From Stylophora pistillata (taxonomy: Eukaryota), in the NCBI RefSeq assembly GCF_002571385.2, contig NW_019218072.1, positions 324,290-387,998 of the forward strand: DNA of 63,709 nucleotides, read 5' to 3'. The notes beneath the pieces are model-generated. The model did not search any database, was not told the origin of the DNA, and worked only from the letters and a program-made list of their open reading frames with translations. Every line of letters begins with the position of its first letter. The first letter of the stretch is position 1. A program made the translations under genes and the position numbers. Below are positions 12,517 to 25,189 of this stretch, piece by piece.

Positions 12517-13069
12517 ATTATTATCCAACTACACCTAGACGAGTACGAATAACGCCATAGACGAGTACAAATATCACGCGGTATTTGTACTCGTCTATTG
12601 TAGTACCGGTTAAACAGGTTTTCTCGCATCGCGCAAGCGAAGAATTGGTTGTGTTGCTGTTTCTATTTTCTAAGTGGCGGTCAATTTGAATCATATTTCC
12701 GACGACGAAGAGTCAGAATGGCTGGCAAATATAGATCTAAGTTCATTTGATGAATCGAACGAAGAAAAAAAGCTTGACGACCAGAAAATTTCTTCATTTA
12801 ATGAAGAAAATAGAAACAGCAACACAACAACGAGTTAATTCCGTTCCGCTTCGCAAACTTCTGTCACGCACTCCCAGTATATAAATATCCGCGAAATTCG
12901 CCTGCTGAAACAACAGTTTGGCGTGTTGGATAATAAATAACTTATTAGACGTTTTGTTGTGTAGTATCGCTGAGTATTTTTACTCGTTATTTGTATTTTG
13001 ACTCGCCCTACGGGCTCAACGTTTTTTTTAATTGAAAATAGAGTGACCTTAACCGGCCTTAACCAACGA

Positions 13070-13101
<32 letters not shown>

Positions 13102-13125
13102 CAACAAAACGTCTAATAAGATATA
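12517..13125. mobile_element. Compound non-autonomous element (TIR module + long hairpin); second copy at about 46565-47125
   Basis: ttattatccaac...ttggataataa followed by the palindrome ttattagacgttttgttgtgtagtatcgctgag...ctcagcgatactacacaacaaaacgtctaataa, in both copies. Confidence 0.8.
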
Positions 13126-14391
13126 AATAGTGATCCTTTTTTCAACCAATAATGATCGTCCTACACAATTCCCCTACATTGCAAGAATGAACAGCGATTT
13201 GTAAATTACTGCATGCCCATGAATTAGATAGAATCACGCAAGTTTTCAGTCCTTCATTATTTGAGCACCTAAAAATACTTACAATTAGTGCAGTGTCCTT
13301 TCAAGCGCTCATTGTGAGGCGTTAAGGTCTACGATGGATGAAGTCGAACAGGAGAAATGGAGATCAATCGAGTTAATTTAGGTAGGCATCTAATGCTTTG
13401 GATAGTTATAATTAATAACGAACTTTGGGAACAATGTTTTCCTTTTAAAAGAAATTATAGATAGCTCTATCTTCCACGGGCACGATTATTGTCGATTAGC
13501 TATCAAGTTTTTATGAACTGATCGAGGCAAAACTATGAGGAGAAAATCTCGTGGGATCAGTTACGAAAAAATATACCTCGTTACGACCCTGTTAGAGGGG
13601 CATGGAGAGTTTGTGCCAAAAACCCAACAAACCTCAATAAGCCAAATTTTTCTCAACTGATTTTGATAAATGGGTCACTGTACATAATGGATTTGGTTTG
13701 AAAGTTATGCAAGAAGGCAGGTGAATGTTATGGTTTTTTGAAAAATAGCAATTTTGGGTAGTGATTTTGACCTCAAATTTGACCTAACTTTAACCCCAGG
13801 GTAGAAGGTATGAATAGAAGAATGAATTTTTGGTGCTCCATAGGCCACAAATGGAACCCCCTCTGAAACTCCAGAACAAACAGTCAGAGAAGTGAGCCAA
13901 AGTGGCTTTTGATACATCTTATCACACTCGACGTTTGTGCCAAGTTTCAGCCAAATCGGTTGACCACCACTCTTGGCCCTTGGAATACTTTCTCGGACAG
14001 GGACACTTAAAACCAAACGATTCGTGAGCCCATGCAGCTCTAGTTTTACTTGATCTTTTTTTTTCGCTTTTCGAAGATGAACGACAGTTCAACTTGAAAC
14101 TCAACAAACACAGCTCTCTGTTGCTTAGGATCAGTTTTCCGCAAAATAATCTTTCAATAGAAAGAAAATGAAAGAGTTGACGAATTGTAAGAGGGTAAAT
14201 AAAGGTGACGTAAGATTTAACTTAGTCGCTCTTTAAATTGTATCAAATGCAAATTTAATTATTGGCTTTTGATGCATGGTCAATACTTCAGAGTAGGTCT
14301 TTCTAAGAGTATTTGGAATATTCTTCTGATATTTAGATATTTCCAAGATGTGTGTGAAGGATATTAAGAGATGTCAATGAATTTAAGGCTG

Positions 14392-14420
14392 NANNNNNTN
14401 NNNTNNNNNNNNTTTTNGNN
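14392..14420. other. Assembly gap / ambiguous bases
   Basis: Run of N next to poly-A. Confidence 0.99.
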
Positions 14421-14760
14421 AAAAAAAAAAAAAAAAAAAAAAAAACAAAACAAAAAAAAAAACAAAAAGTAAATATATTCAGTTCCTTTTCTTGTTGTCT
14501 ATACTCTGTATATGTCATTTATTAAACTATGAATTTCATTTTATAAATTAATGAGCTGTCTCCAATAGAGGATGTTAGTGACACCGGCGGGCTGGTTCAT
14601 GCCATTGTTATATCATTATAGTATACTTATAGTATACTTATGAGAAAAATATCTTTCGTACTTTTCAACCCCCACAGGGAAAACTTTAACCTCAAGTAAT
14701 TCCAAATTTCTTTATTTTAGAAAGAAGACTAGAACTCTACTTTGAGTTGATTGGTTATAA

Positions 14761-15910
14761 TTCTGGAATCTATCAGCCTCCATCACGTGAAAACTGTCTA
14801 ACCTGAAATCTCTCCCTTTTACTGATCCTTCTTCCGGAGTTGTTTTTATTAACACTTGGTATTAAAAAATGCCAGAGTGGTCAAATATCAGTCCAAACAT
14901 TTATTATTGTAAAAGATGGGGCCTGCTTCCTTGTTATCTTGAATTCATGGGTAAGTTACCCGCACAGATGATATGGGGTCAGAAACGATGAGTTAATGTC
15001 TTAGTCGATCACCAGAGAAACTGTAGTTGACTGCCGGCGTAATAGATCTCAATTTTCAGCAGTTGACGGGGATATTTTTTAGAAGCGACCATGTTAGCAA
15101 ACCATAGCAACAACCGAGTCTGATTTCATACGGAAATAATTTTGAATGTTTTACTGGGCAGGGTGTGATGCAGTGTGCAAACTGAACAACACTTCTTATG
15201 GCTACACTGATGTGGTTCCTGATGAAATTTCCTAATTGCAAATAATTGAAACATTTCATTTTACTTTATCTGTTTAAAGGCTCTTGCGAACAACAAAGGG
15301 AATTGAATTCCGAGATAAACAAAGTCAGTTAACTTGACCTTAGAATTTTCTCGATTCTCTAAAAAGAAGTGAAGTTCTGGCCTGGCGCACTTGAGACTCA
15401 GCTAACAATCTAATATGCTTTCCCACGTTTTTCAAAAGTTAGAAACGTGGAGAAGGCACCGAATTCGTCCAGCGTAACCCAGGAACAAACAAAATCATGC
15501 GAGAAATATGCAAACATTTCTGCGCGTTTGAAGGATCAGGACAAAGGAGGAACAATGTGTCAAAATAAAAAGAAGAAAGGAGATTTGTGAACTTTGTATA
15601 TGAGACAACTCATTCTGTTTGACATACCAGACAATAGAATGTGTACTGATCACTGATCTTAGAGAAGCAACCTGAGAGAAAGACATTGTCCTTTCGTGGC
15701 CTCTACCGTTGAGACTTGTGGATGATTGAAAAGATAAGTTTCGCATTCTACAGGAAAAAAAACCTACGTAGCTGGAAGCCAAGCTGATAAACAATGTCAT
15801 GAAAGAATGGAGATTATTCGGTTCTGGACAGCATTTATCATCTCTTTCTGGATTTAATTGGACAGTCACTTGCATCCAAGCTATTGTTTCAAAATTCAAT
15901 CGATTTTGAG
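14761..15910 (+). pseudogene. Possible decayed pentameric ligand-gated ion channel (nAChR-like) transmembrane region
   Basis: With frameshifts: GIYQPPSRENCLT*NLSLLL..LFLLTLGI/KMPEWSNISPNI (M1-M2-M3 linker-like) and EWRL../VLDSIYHLF (pre-M4-like). Many stops. Confidence 0.35.
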
Positions 15911-16442
15911 ACAATAAAAATCATGTAAATACTGCACATCAATTCAACATCATAATCTATTGGGGTAAGAGATTTACATTATGAATTGTCACCATAAACG
16001 TGTACTTTAAAAACTGTAATCTATGAGACAATCTACAAAGTTATGAAATTATGCCATTTATTTTCAGTCTGTTATTTGCTTCTTTCGACCTTTCACACCA
16101 ATTTGACATTCTGTTCGTTTTGCTGTACAATCTATTCTAAAGGAAGTCATGATGGATAACCCGCTTTCGCGGGTCCTTTAATCATTTGCCTTTTGAAGCT
16201 AAAGGTAATTGAAATTCTAATCAATTCTTTCACTGATGGCTTAAACAACTGAGTTCTTATCAACCTCTCACTAAATCACACTGTAACTTGACAACATAAT
16301 CTCTTAATTTATAAGCAATTTTCCGATCTCTTGGCATGCCTTACTATTTACATAAGAATGCTGCAATGAACTCTGGGCCAAAAGTGATGTTCGTTGTTTA
16401 TCTTCTTAAACGTCTGATCCTGTCTTTTGTAAACACAGCACA

Positions 16443-17459
16443 ATGTGTAAACATGTAAAACTCAAAATCGAACGTTCTGTTCTCTTCAAGTGGATTGGAA
16501 GATGTCTTTTCGTCTCCATTATACTTGTTCAGGTTTTGGTGCTCAACCAGTATCTGGTGTCGTATGAGAAGGAATCTTCATTCCAAGCTTTCACCCTTGC
16601 TTATGTCCCTACATTGCTTCTATGGGCTAAAGGACAAATGAACAATCGACAACGCGAGGTGGCAGCTGGAGTATGGTTCTTGTACATTCTACCTCTCTGC
16701 ATTCACGGTGGATGGATTCTGGGAACATTGATGTCCAAAATCAACGTCGATTCTTCTGGACTCGATCATGGCACTGTGAAATATCCTTTCTGCGCTACCG
16801 TGTTGGTGTATATGTTGTTGGATGCTGACGGCTTTGAACCCAGCTTTCATATGAACATAAACTGGCCGGTTATCATCGACATATTTGACGTTGTAAATCT
16901 TCTGGACGCCATTATCGATCCGAGAAAAAACGAAGTTTTACCGAGTGATATCGACTATTGCATATTTGCGTTTTCCGTTTTAAGTATGATAATTCTTACT
17001 TTCAGTTTTGCCGTACCAGTGAGGGAGGCACTTCGGAACAAAGATGATACTAATCAATCACAAGCGAGAATTTTCACTACATACACACTGTTACAATCGA
17101 TTGTTGTCAATCTACCATTTCTTATAATACGCCTGGTGCTTCACTATACATACAAAACTGGAGGTTCGGTTTTTGCGTTTAAAAATTTATTCGTGATAAT
17201 CTTAAATTTCATCAGGGTAAACTTCGATTGTTGTGTCAAAGAGGACGAAGAGGAACCTCAGCCGGCATTAACTTCGAATGGTCACACTCCGTCGAACACG
17301 GAGGAGTCTGGAAGTGTGATCCAGTCAACACAATCGAGCCACTTGGACGATGTTTCTAGCATTTCGTCGTCTGTTAAGAGAACGCACAGAGACGAAAGAG
17401 TCCGTTCAAGACTTGTGCAAGACAGGGAAGACCCTGAGGAAATAATTGTTCTGAGTTAA
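16443..17459 (+). CDS. Multi-pass membrane protein, TMEM121/CECR6 (TMEM26-like) family
   Basis: 338-aa single coding exon with about 7 hydrophobic helices, motifs IDIFDVVNLLD and NLPFLIIRL...SVFAFKN, and an acidic/Ser-rich tail. Acceptor just upstream of the ATG. Confidence 0.8.
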   Translation: MCKHVKLKIERSVLFKWIGRCLFVSIILVQVLVLNQYLVSYEKESSFQAFTLAYVPTLLLWAKGQMNNRQREVAAGVWFLYILPLCIHGGWILGTLMSKINVDSSGLDHGTVKYPFCATVLVYMLLDADGFEPSFHMNINWPVIIDIFDVVNLLDAIIDPRKNEVLPSDIDYCIFAFSVLSMIILTFSFAVPVREALRNKDDTNQSQARIFTTYTLLQSIVVNLPFLIIRLVLHYTYKTGGSVFAFKNLFVIILNFIRVNFDCCVKEDEEEPQPALTSNGHTPSNTEESGSVIQSTQSSHLDDVSSISSSVKRTHRDERVRSRLVQDREDPEEIIVLS

Positions 17460-19827
17460 ACGACAATTCGACTGTTTAGTCGTGGAAGTGCTGTTTAATT
17501 TTATTTTGCTAATTATACTTTTAAAAGGTCACAAACACTTCATTAACATGATCGTGAAAATACAGCCAATTTATGCCGAGATATTTGGTAGCTGTTTAAG
17601 AAAGAGACACTAAAGACTATTGAAACCTCAGTCACTTGGAAGAATCTTGAATAAAGTGACACAAATAAGGAGATCTTTCACTGGAATCATGAACAGAACC
17701 TTTTCAACATCATGTGATCCAAATCGTAAACGTTATCAAAATATTCTCTTGTTTAGAGTTACTCGAGCGGAAATACAATTCCATTTTGTACACAATATGA
17801 ATGATGTCCTTTCTTTATTAAAAATTAGTTGAGCCTCGAGGGCGTATGAGTTTTCGTTGGCATTTAAGGCCACCAGAGCCTAGTTCAATGGCAAGAGTCG
17901 TTATACGAAATCTCACCGATTTCAGACGCAATATCTCAACAGTTGTGTGCTTGGTTGCCAAGCTTTTGAATGGGAGTGAGGCTAGGGGTGACCTTGTTAT
18001 GATACAAACCTTGCTGCCTTTCAAATGTAAATCACTTTGTTACCATGCTAACTAGATACAGGTCTCTATCACAACAAGGTCACCTTTAGCCTCACTCTGA
18101 ATCAAAGGCTTGGCAATTACTTAAATTAATTAAATTAATTTCACAGGAGGAAATCTAATATTCACGCCGAGTAAGATTTGTTTTTCTGTGTCTCATTCGA
18201 TTCGATGACATTCGTTTTTTTCACATGGACACAATAATCAATATCAAGGACCTAAAGTATCAGTTTTGATGTAAGTGAAATTATTACCAAAAAGAGTATT
18301 TTTTCAGCTTGGTGTTCACTTTTTAAAAAAAAAAAAAATCCACCAAAGGCTGTTTCCATGGGCGAAGGAAGAAATGCTTCAAAATTTTGTGGAATGAATT
18401 TAGTCATTACTTGAAATATTCGAACTTTATGCTTGGAGGAAATCTCAAAAATCAAGAAAAATCCAAATTTAAGCCAGAGGCAAAAATATCAGTTAAACGA
18501 AAAACAAGAGAGTTCACACCTCATTGCATGACAGCAGTAAAGAGAATCGCGCATGCGCACAGAGTAAGAAGGGGAGATACGTTTTGTGGAAACTTTTCAA
18601 AGATTTACGAACCTTCGCCTCGAAGATGAAAAAGTTTGTTCATTTATAGAAAAATTAATAAGTATCAACGGCATCAATTGTCAAATGCTTATCGATCGTG
18701 GTGAGCCATTTGGTAAAATACAATGATTATTTTTAATCCAACGTGGCACCTAATTTTTACCAGATTTTCTTAGCCTGTAAGCAGGCTTTGGTACTTAGAG
18801 CCTGGGCACGAGCGTTTCTCAGGCTGCGGAGTGTATGAGACCTTGATCAAAGCTAGCCAGCGAGCATTCTATTAGTGTCAGACCCCCGGATAATCTTGCC
18901 CCGTCTTGTCTCAAACCCTCCCATGGGCGAAAAAACAAGTGTCTTGGAGCGCCTATAGTCGATTAGAGTCTTCCCGTTTCAGCCTCTCGATAATTTGCAT
19001 TTGTTACATATTTGATTTGTCTCAAGAAAGGATTAATTGGATACAACAACCAGCATTGCTTAGTGCCATAACTGTGTGCGCCCATGTCTGTTATTCGCTA
19101 TTGTTACGCCAGGTCAAATCTAACATAAAATTTAATACAGGCTGTAAAATTTCTTTCAAATCTTTTAAGAGTTCAGTTTCCTGGTCAAAAGAAAAGCCGA
19201 GAAGGGAAGGACAGTCCTCAAAATGTCTTCACTAAGAGACTGATTTTAGCAAAGAATCAATTGTTGCTACCTAGTATACGAAAAGAAAAACTTCTTAGAC
19301 ATAAGGAGAGATTCATCTTTATTTTAACACGAATTCAACTCGTAAACAAATAATGAAATTGAGTTACAGTTATTTGACAAAAATTATTTGGCAGGATTTT
19401 AACAGCATTATGAAAGCTCTAGTACACATTGTTAATTCCTATTCCAACACTGAGAGAAAAAGACACCCTGGTTGAACAAAGGAACCTATCGTGCTCCTAC
19501 TTCGACAAACTGAAAAACCTCGAAGAAGATACAAGTACATGAATCAATGAATCGTTGGTTTGCAACTTCTTCCATTCCTCGATCACAAAACGTGAAACTC
19601 ATTGCCGTTCCATTCATGTCTATTTTTACAGCTCATGTATAAGCTATGAGGATAGTCTCATGTGTAAGCCAATATTATTTGCAGGGTAGACAAGCACATT
19701 AAAACTAACTGAGGTTTACTGAGCCCGCAGAATTAGCATAGTGTCAGAACTTCGTGAGTTCCCCCCATACTTAGACATTAAGTTTCGAATTTGAGTTTTA
19801 AAGAGATTTTGCAAATATTCTGGTATT

Positions 19828-21580
19828 TTACATCAGTTTACGACCATGCATTTCTAGTTCCAGTTCCCTTAAGGTTCTATCTATCTCCGCGTCGTATTGT
19901 TTGATCCGATCTGCGTCCTGTTCGTCATTCAGGCTGGCTCCAAGGTCTCTGATGAAAGGGTCCTAAGACAGATTTAACATTATTTTTATTACTTTTTGTA
20001 CAACAGTGGTTCGAGCTTTGGAAATGAACTCTCCATAGAGTCTTGATACCAAAGGAAACGCTTCTTTGAAACTCGCTTCTTGAGTGCTCTTCCGAAGTGC
20101 TTCATATCTTCCTACGCATGAAACAATTGTTTTATAATTTCTTCCATGAGAACATTTTCAAATGACTGTCATAAAAACAAAACGAAAGAAATCACAACAG
20201 CCAATCATAATAATTGAAGGTTCGCGTCATCATTAGCCAAGGGGACTCAAAGAAAAAACAGGCAAACCACCAAAAGCGCGGGAAAACGCGGGCGACCAAT
20301 CACGATTGTTTTCCTTTGGCGTCTGACCAATCACAGACCGAAGTAAGGCAAAACCAGAACATCCTGGATTTCTTTCGACACTTTGAAAATGACTCTGCTA
20401 TCTAAAACCATTAGCTGTGTAAAGAACGACCGCAAACTGCACTAGTCCATCTTACCGCTGCGACCAGAAAGTGTGAAAAGAAGCCTTAATGTCAAACAAG
20501 GAAGCAATAACGTACCATGTCTTTGCTTTTGGCCTCATCATCTTTCTGTGTCTGCTTTCTTCGACAACCCATAAACCCAGGGGATACTCGGCATTTCCGC
20601 TTCTGCGGCTCTCGTTTTTCGAAAGTGTCCCCATTCTGGAGTAAATTTTCTTTTTTCCTCGCCTCCTAAATCGATGCGCAAATATTTTTTGAGAGTATTG
20701 TCGAAACACCAAAGGGCTTGTTCAGGATCGTTTGAAAAATCCAAAAATAAATTAAACAGGAACAAGTTTAAGCACATTGCAAATTCCCTCGCGCTGCAAC
20801 TTTCATGCTCCTCTGTCAAAAGGCAGATATGATATGCAACAATTACAAGCTTAAGGGTACACAGACGAGGTATTGATCACACGAGTGAAACACAAAACAG
20901 ATAGACCGTTTGCATTTGACTCTCATCACCAGTAATTATAAAAACAATACAAAGTGCTGAACCTTTACAGCAAGTACTTGCGCTTCAAAGAAAGATCAGT
21001 TATACTTGGGGAAGAGCAAGAGCACAATGGCACATATTAGCGGTAAATATTTCTCTTACCCAGTTGAGTATGTCTCGAATAAGAGTCCTCTTTAATTCTC
21101 CGTCTGTGAGACTTTGTTGGAGTTGAATCTTTGACGCTGTGTCTTCATTGTTATACGTTCTGTCTCTTGAAGGGATACTTCCTGTTTGTTCATTTCTCCT
21201 CCAAGGATAGCGATCAAAGTAGTCCTGAAAGACTCCCTCTTCCCCCGGAAACACCTTTAACAAAAGTTCAAGGCTACTCAGTTCAAGTAAAACTTTTCAT
21301 ACGTCACCAAATAGATTGTCTATGCGAGCTCATCACCACACAGTGGTCAAATGTTGGGCATGCGCGAGGAAATCAATTCTGGCTGGCCGCGCCCCAATGA
21401 AAAATGGATTGAAATGAATAACGAAAGATACGAAGCAAATAAACTGTTAATGTCATGGTTTACCTTATTGTAAAGATTGTCCTTTTCTTCTCTTTGAATG
21501 GACGAGAAAGGAAGGGAAGCGCATAGAATTATGCAGAGATTTACCAGGAGTAGCAACGAGACGCTTCTCATGTATGGCAT
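19828..21580 (-). CDS. Secreted prepropeptide A (about 198 aa); join complement(21580..21464,21254..21060,20665..20516,19962..19828)
   Basis: Signal peptide MRSVSLLLLVNLCIILCAS. All introns are GT-AG, phase 0. Exon 3 encodes EKREPQKRK-CRVSPGFMGC-RRK. The last exon ends ...RELELEMHGRKLM*. Confidence 0.78.
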
Positions 21581-24500
21581 GGCTTGACTTGCTCTCGAAT
21601 CAAAGTAATATAATCCAGTTGTAATCTGTGAAAAAAAGAAATAAATAAACGTGACGCTTCTCAGGTATGCCATAGCTTGACCTGCTCGTCAATCAAAATA
21701 AGATAATTCAGTTATTTATCTGCGAAAAAAAAAAAAAAGGAAGGGCGATGCAAAATTGTGCTTGACAATGACCTTCAGCCTTTACCCAGGCATTAGTTGT
21801 TTTTTCTTCTTTTGTTGGCCGTAAATATGAGATTTATCTTTCGTTAAAAGATGAAAGGGATATTCGGAAGACCTATAAGAAGTCGCTCGTTCATGGCGAT
21901 CGTCAGAGAAAGGAATGTCCTTTTGAAAAAACATTTTCGGTAGTACTGTTTTCTGTCTCGACAATCTGAGCGGAATTTTATATTATATGCTAGTAACAGT
22001 CGAAGTCGAAACGGAAATTGAATGACACATGTCAAACGGAAATGACTTCTGGTGGCGATCACGTCCGAATCGGCTGTAATTACGAATCAGCACGTCCCAT
22101 TCGAGTATATTGGGTTTTATTTCATTGACCAAATCATCCATTCTCAGAGTTACATCGTAGCGCATCATTCAAAACAGTGATGATCCTGCAGTGTTTGTTA
22201 ATTCTCTAGGGAAAATATCCATGAAAGAAGAAGTGTTGTACGCAAGCAGTACACAGGTAAATTATATTAATTTCATGTTCAGAGTCTAAACTTTACTATA
22301 ATATAACGATTGATACTTGAGTTACAAAAGCGTAGAAAGGTTTCTCTTCTATTAATCACGCAGTGTATTCTCAAGATTTTAGACCTTCAGATAACAGCAA
22401 AAAAATTTCGCATTATTGCCGTTAGATCCAACACGTGGTCTCTGATTATAAATTTGTGTTACATTTCCAAAAAATCGTGGAAGGATTTCCTGAATATCCG
22501 TTATATACTTAGCTCATTAGAATTCTAGACGGTAAAGGATTGAAATGAAATGCTGAACATTCCACTGATCTCGTAAGTTTTATTCAGGAAGCTTGGATTT
22601 TTCATTTCATGCCCTAAAACTATCGGAAGAACGTTGAAGTATAACCCTCAGTAGTCAAACATTTGTGCGAGAAATGGTTTTGTTTCATTGGAGTTTATAG
22701 ACGATCTGTTGTCATTCTTAAAATAGCTACTGGTTTTTTTTTTTTTTTTGCACATTTTAGGAACTGTTACTTTGGTCTCCATGTGAAATATTTCTGTAAT
22801 TATGAAACAATAACCATTCCAGGATTGGTTGCTTTGGGAGCCATTGCTGCATGTCTTTTTTCCAGATGGGAAAAAAATGACAATAAAAGATGAAAAAAAA
22901 AAAAAAAAAGAACAACAACAAATGAGAAAAAGATTACGAAAACCTTGGTAGCAGGCTTTACCTCTTTGTTCTTTATGTGCCTCTTAACGTCACATCATGT
23001 AACTTCAGCAACTCATAACTTAAATCCGTTTCCGAATAAAGATGACAACGATAATAAAGAGTATTACTATTGATGGTAGCTGGTAACGGTACATTGAATG
23101 ATGGCATTAATATAGAAAGGAAAAATTGTTTATGCATAATACACCAAAACGATCTTAGTGCGATTTCGAAAGAAAAGCCACTTAACGTCAGTTTGTTTGA
23201 TGGTTGCTGAATTCATGTGCGAAGAAATCTCCCGTGCTTCTGAAACGGGATGTGCTAAGACCAAGAAAAACGTCGTCTAAGAACAGATAACGGTGAAAGT
23301 GCGAACAGCGGTAATCCGCCCAAGAATTCAAAATGGCGGATGACCAAACGGAGAAAGATCTGAGCACTACTTTTGAACGCGCCCTTCGATCTTCGTAGTG
23401 GAAGCGAAAAACATGGAAGATAAACGAAGTTTTTATCGAAGGGTTTTACGCTAGAACTTTGACATCAAAGTTGTATTTTGCTCTGAAATATATAGCAGGT
23501 GCGATAGAAATCGGCCTTGTGTGACGTGAGTGTCTCGCAATTAATTCTAGGCGACTAAACATTGGAACAAGTAATTAAGAACTACATTCAACTGCACTGC
23601 AAACATGTCAATACTCTAACTATTAATGATTATACAACTTGACCTTAGTGAAATTTCCTTTCAATATTTCAAGTTTGCTTTTTCATCTGGCGTTATCAAT
23701 AATATCACAAACTGGGCATTTCAAAATAAATTTGAAAGTGATTATGCCACGTAAACATGGTTGTAAATATGACTTAATACCAAAATAAATGGAAAACGTT
23801 TTGTGATAGTATCAACCTGGGAGATACAGATTAATGAATTTCTTCATTCAGGCTTACCGTTCGTGGCACTGCTAGACATAGAAACAGAATATGATGGCTC
23901 GTGCTAGCTCCACACAAAGGCGAAGGTAAGAATTGTACTAAGTTATGATAAAAAATGTAAGTAGAGATTGCATCAGTGAATATTTACTTGCCATCCTCCA
24001 TTTTAAATCTTATGCGGATTACCGCGGTACATTTGTTTCTTGTTCAACGGTCTCGTTTCCAGAAGATATATTTTCTTTATACTTGTTGTTTTCTGAATGA
24101 AGGTCTCAAGGGAATCAGATGTGTGCACGTGAATTAGCGTAAATTTGAGGGACAGTTCCTACCTTGGAAAAAGAAAACATACGAGTGTGTTCCTCGTTCC
24201 TAACTTTAGTTTCATCAAACTTAACATGCGCCAAATTTTAAAGGTGAAATTTACAGAATCTTCAAATAGAGCATTTTTCGCCAAAATTTTCCTTAAAAGC
24301 TAGTTACTTTATTATTTCCCTTTCGATTCTTCGCTATTCTTGACGATAGCCTGCTTTAACCAGACATTTGTTGGTTTTTTCTTTTTTTTTTTTTTGTTGG
24401 CTGTAACTATGAGATTTATATTTCGTTAAAAGATGAAAGTGATATTCGGAAGACTTATAAGAAGTCGCTCGTTCATGGCGATCGTCTGGGAAAGGAATGT

Positions 24501-24685
24501 CCTTTTGAAAAACCATTTTCGGTAGTACTGATTTCTGTTTCGACAATTTGAGCGGAATTTTATATTATATGCCAGAACTCCAGGAATAATCGAAGTCAAA
24601 TCAGAAATTGACTAAACGGACGTGATTTCCGGTAGCGATCACGTCCGAATCGGCTTTAATTACGAATCAGCACGTCCCATTCGAC

Positions 24686-24993
24686 CACAGGTAACCCAAG
24701 GTCACTACTAGAAAAGCGGACGTGACTCTGACAGTGTTGCAACGTTTTCTATTTATAAAGGTTTGTATGGGATATTATCGGTTTGCCTTAAAAGGGAGAA
24801 AAAATGTCTTGTTTTGAAATAAAATGGACTTACCTTATTGCCTTGTTGTTTTCTTTGTTGATTACCAGCGTCTCAGGCCATTTTGAAGCGTTTTTCGGCG
24901 AGTTAAACACCAAAATAGCGCTAAATTTAAGACGTTGCGCAACACTGTAAGAATCACGTCCGCTTTTCTAGTAGTGAGCTTGGGCTGCCTGTG
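24686..24993. mobile_element. 308-bp MITE with CA...TG termini and 7-bp TSD (P-element-like)
   Basis: About 60-bp TIRs (cacaggtaacccaaggtcactactagaaaagcggacgtg / cacgtccgcttttctagtagtgagcttgggctgcctgtg). TSD ATTCGAC at 24679-24685 and 24994-25000. Absent from the paralogous copy at about 22100. Confidence 0.85.
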
Positions 24994-25189
24994 ATTCGAC
25001 CAGCTACTACAAGTTGTTCTCAGAGTCAACATGGTAGTATGTTTTATTTCATTGACAAAATCATCCTTTCTCAGTGGTACATCATAACGCCTCATTTGAA
25101 ACAGTAATGGTCTCGCAGTGCACAGGTAGATGATATTAATTTCATGTTTCCGACTCTAGACTTTAATTTATTACAGTTTCTCCAAATAT

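Larger units (their letters stand above)
10421..14006. mobile_element. Long inverted-repeat pair (10421-10939 and 13595-14006) bounded by TTAA; possible 3.6-kb DNA transposon remnant
   Basis: TTAA|gtgtccctgtc... and ...gacagggacac|TTAA. The arms align in inverted orientation over about 400 bp, with an internal deletion in the right arm. Confidence 0.75.

Noticed and set aside
20452-20712. ORF containing YPLGLW, resembling a GLWamide neuropeptide
   Set aside because: No Gly-basic amidation signal follows, and the frame is incompatible with the phase-0 splice sites. The CRVSPGFMGC frame fits both boundaries.
20538-20819. 93-aa ORF as exon 3 of gene A
   Set aside because: It needs a phase-1 junction, but the upstream donor is phase 0.
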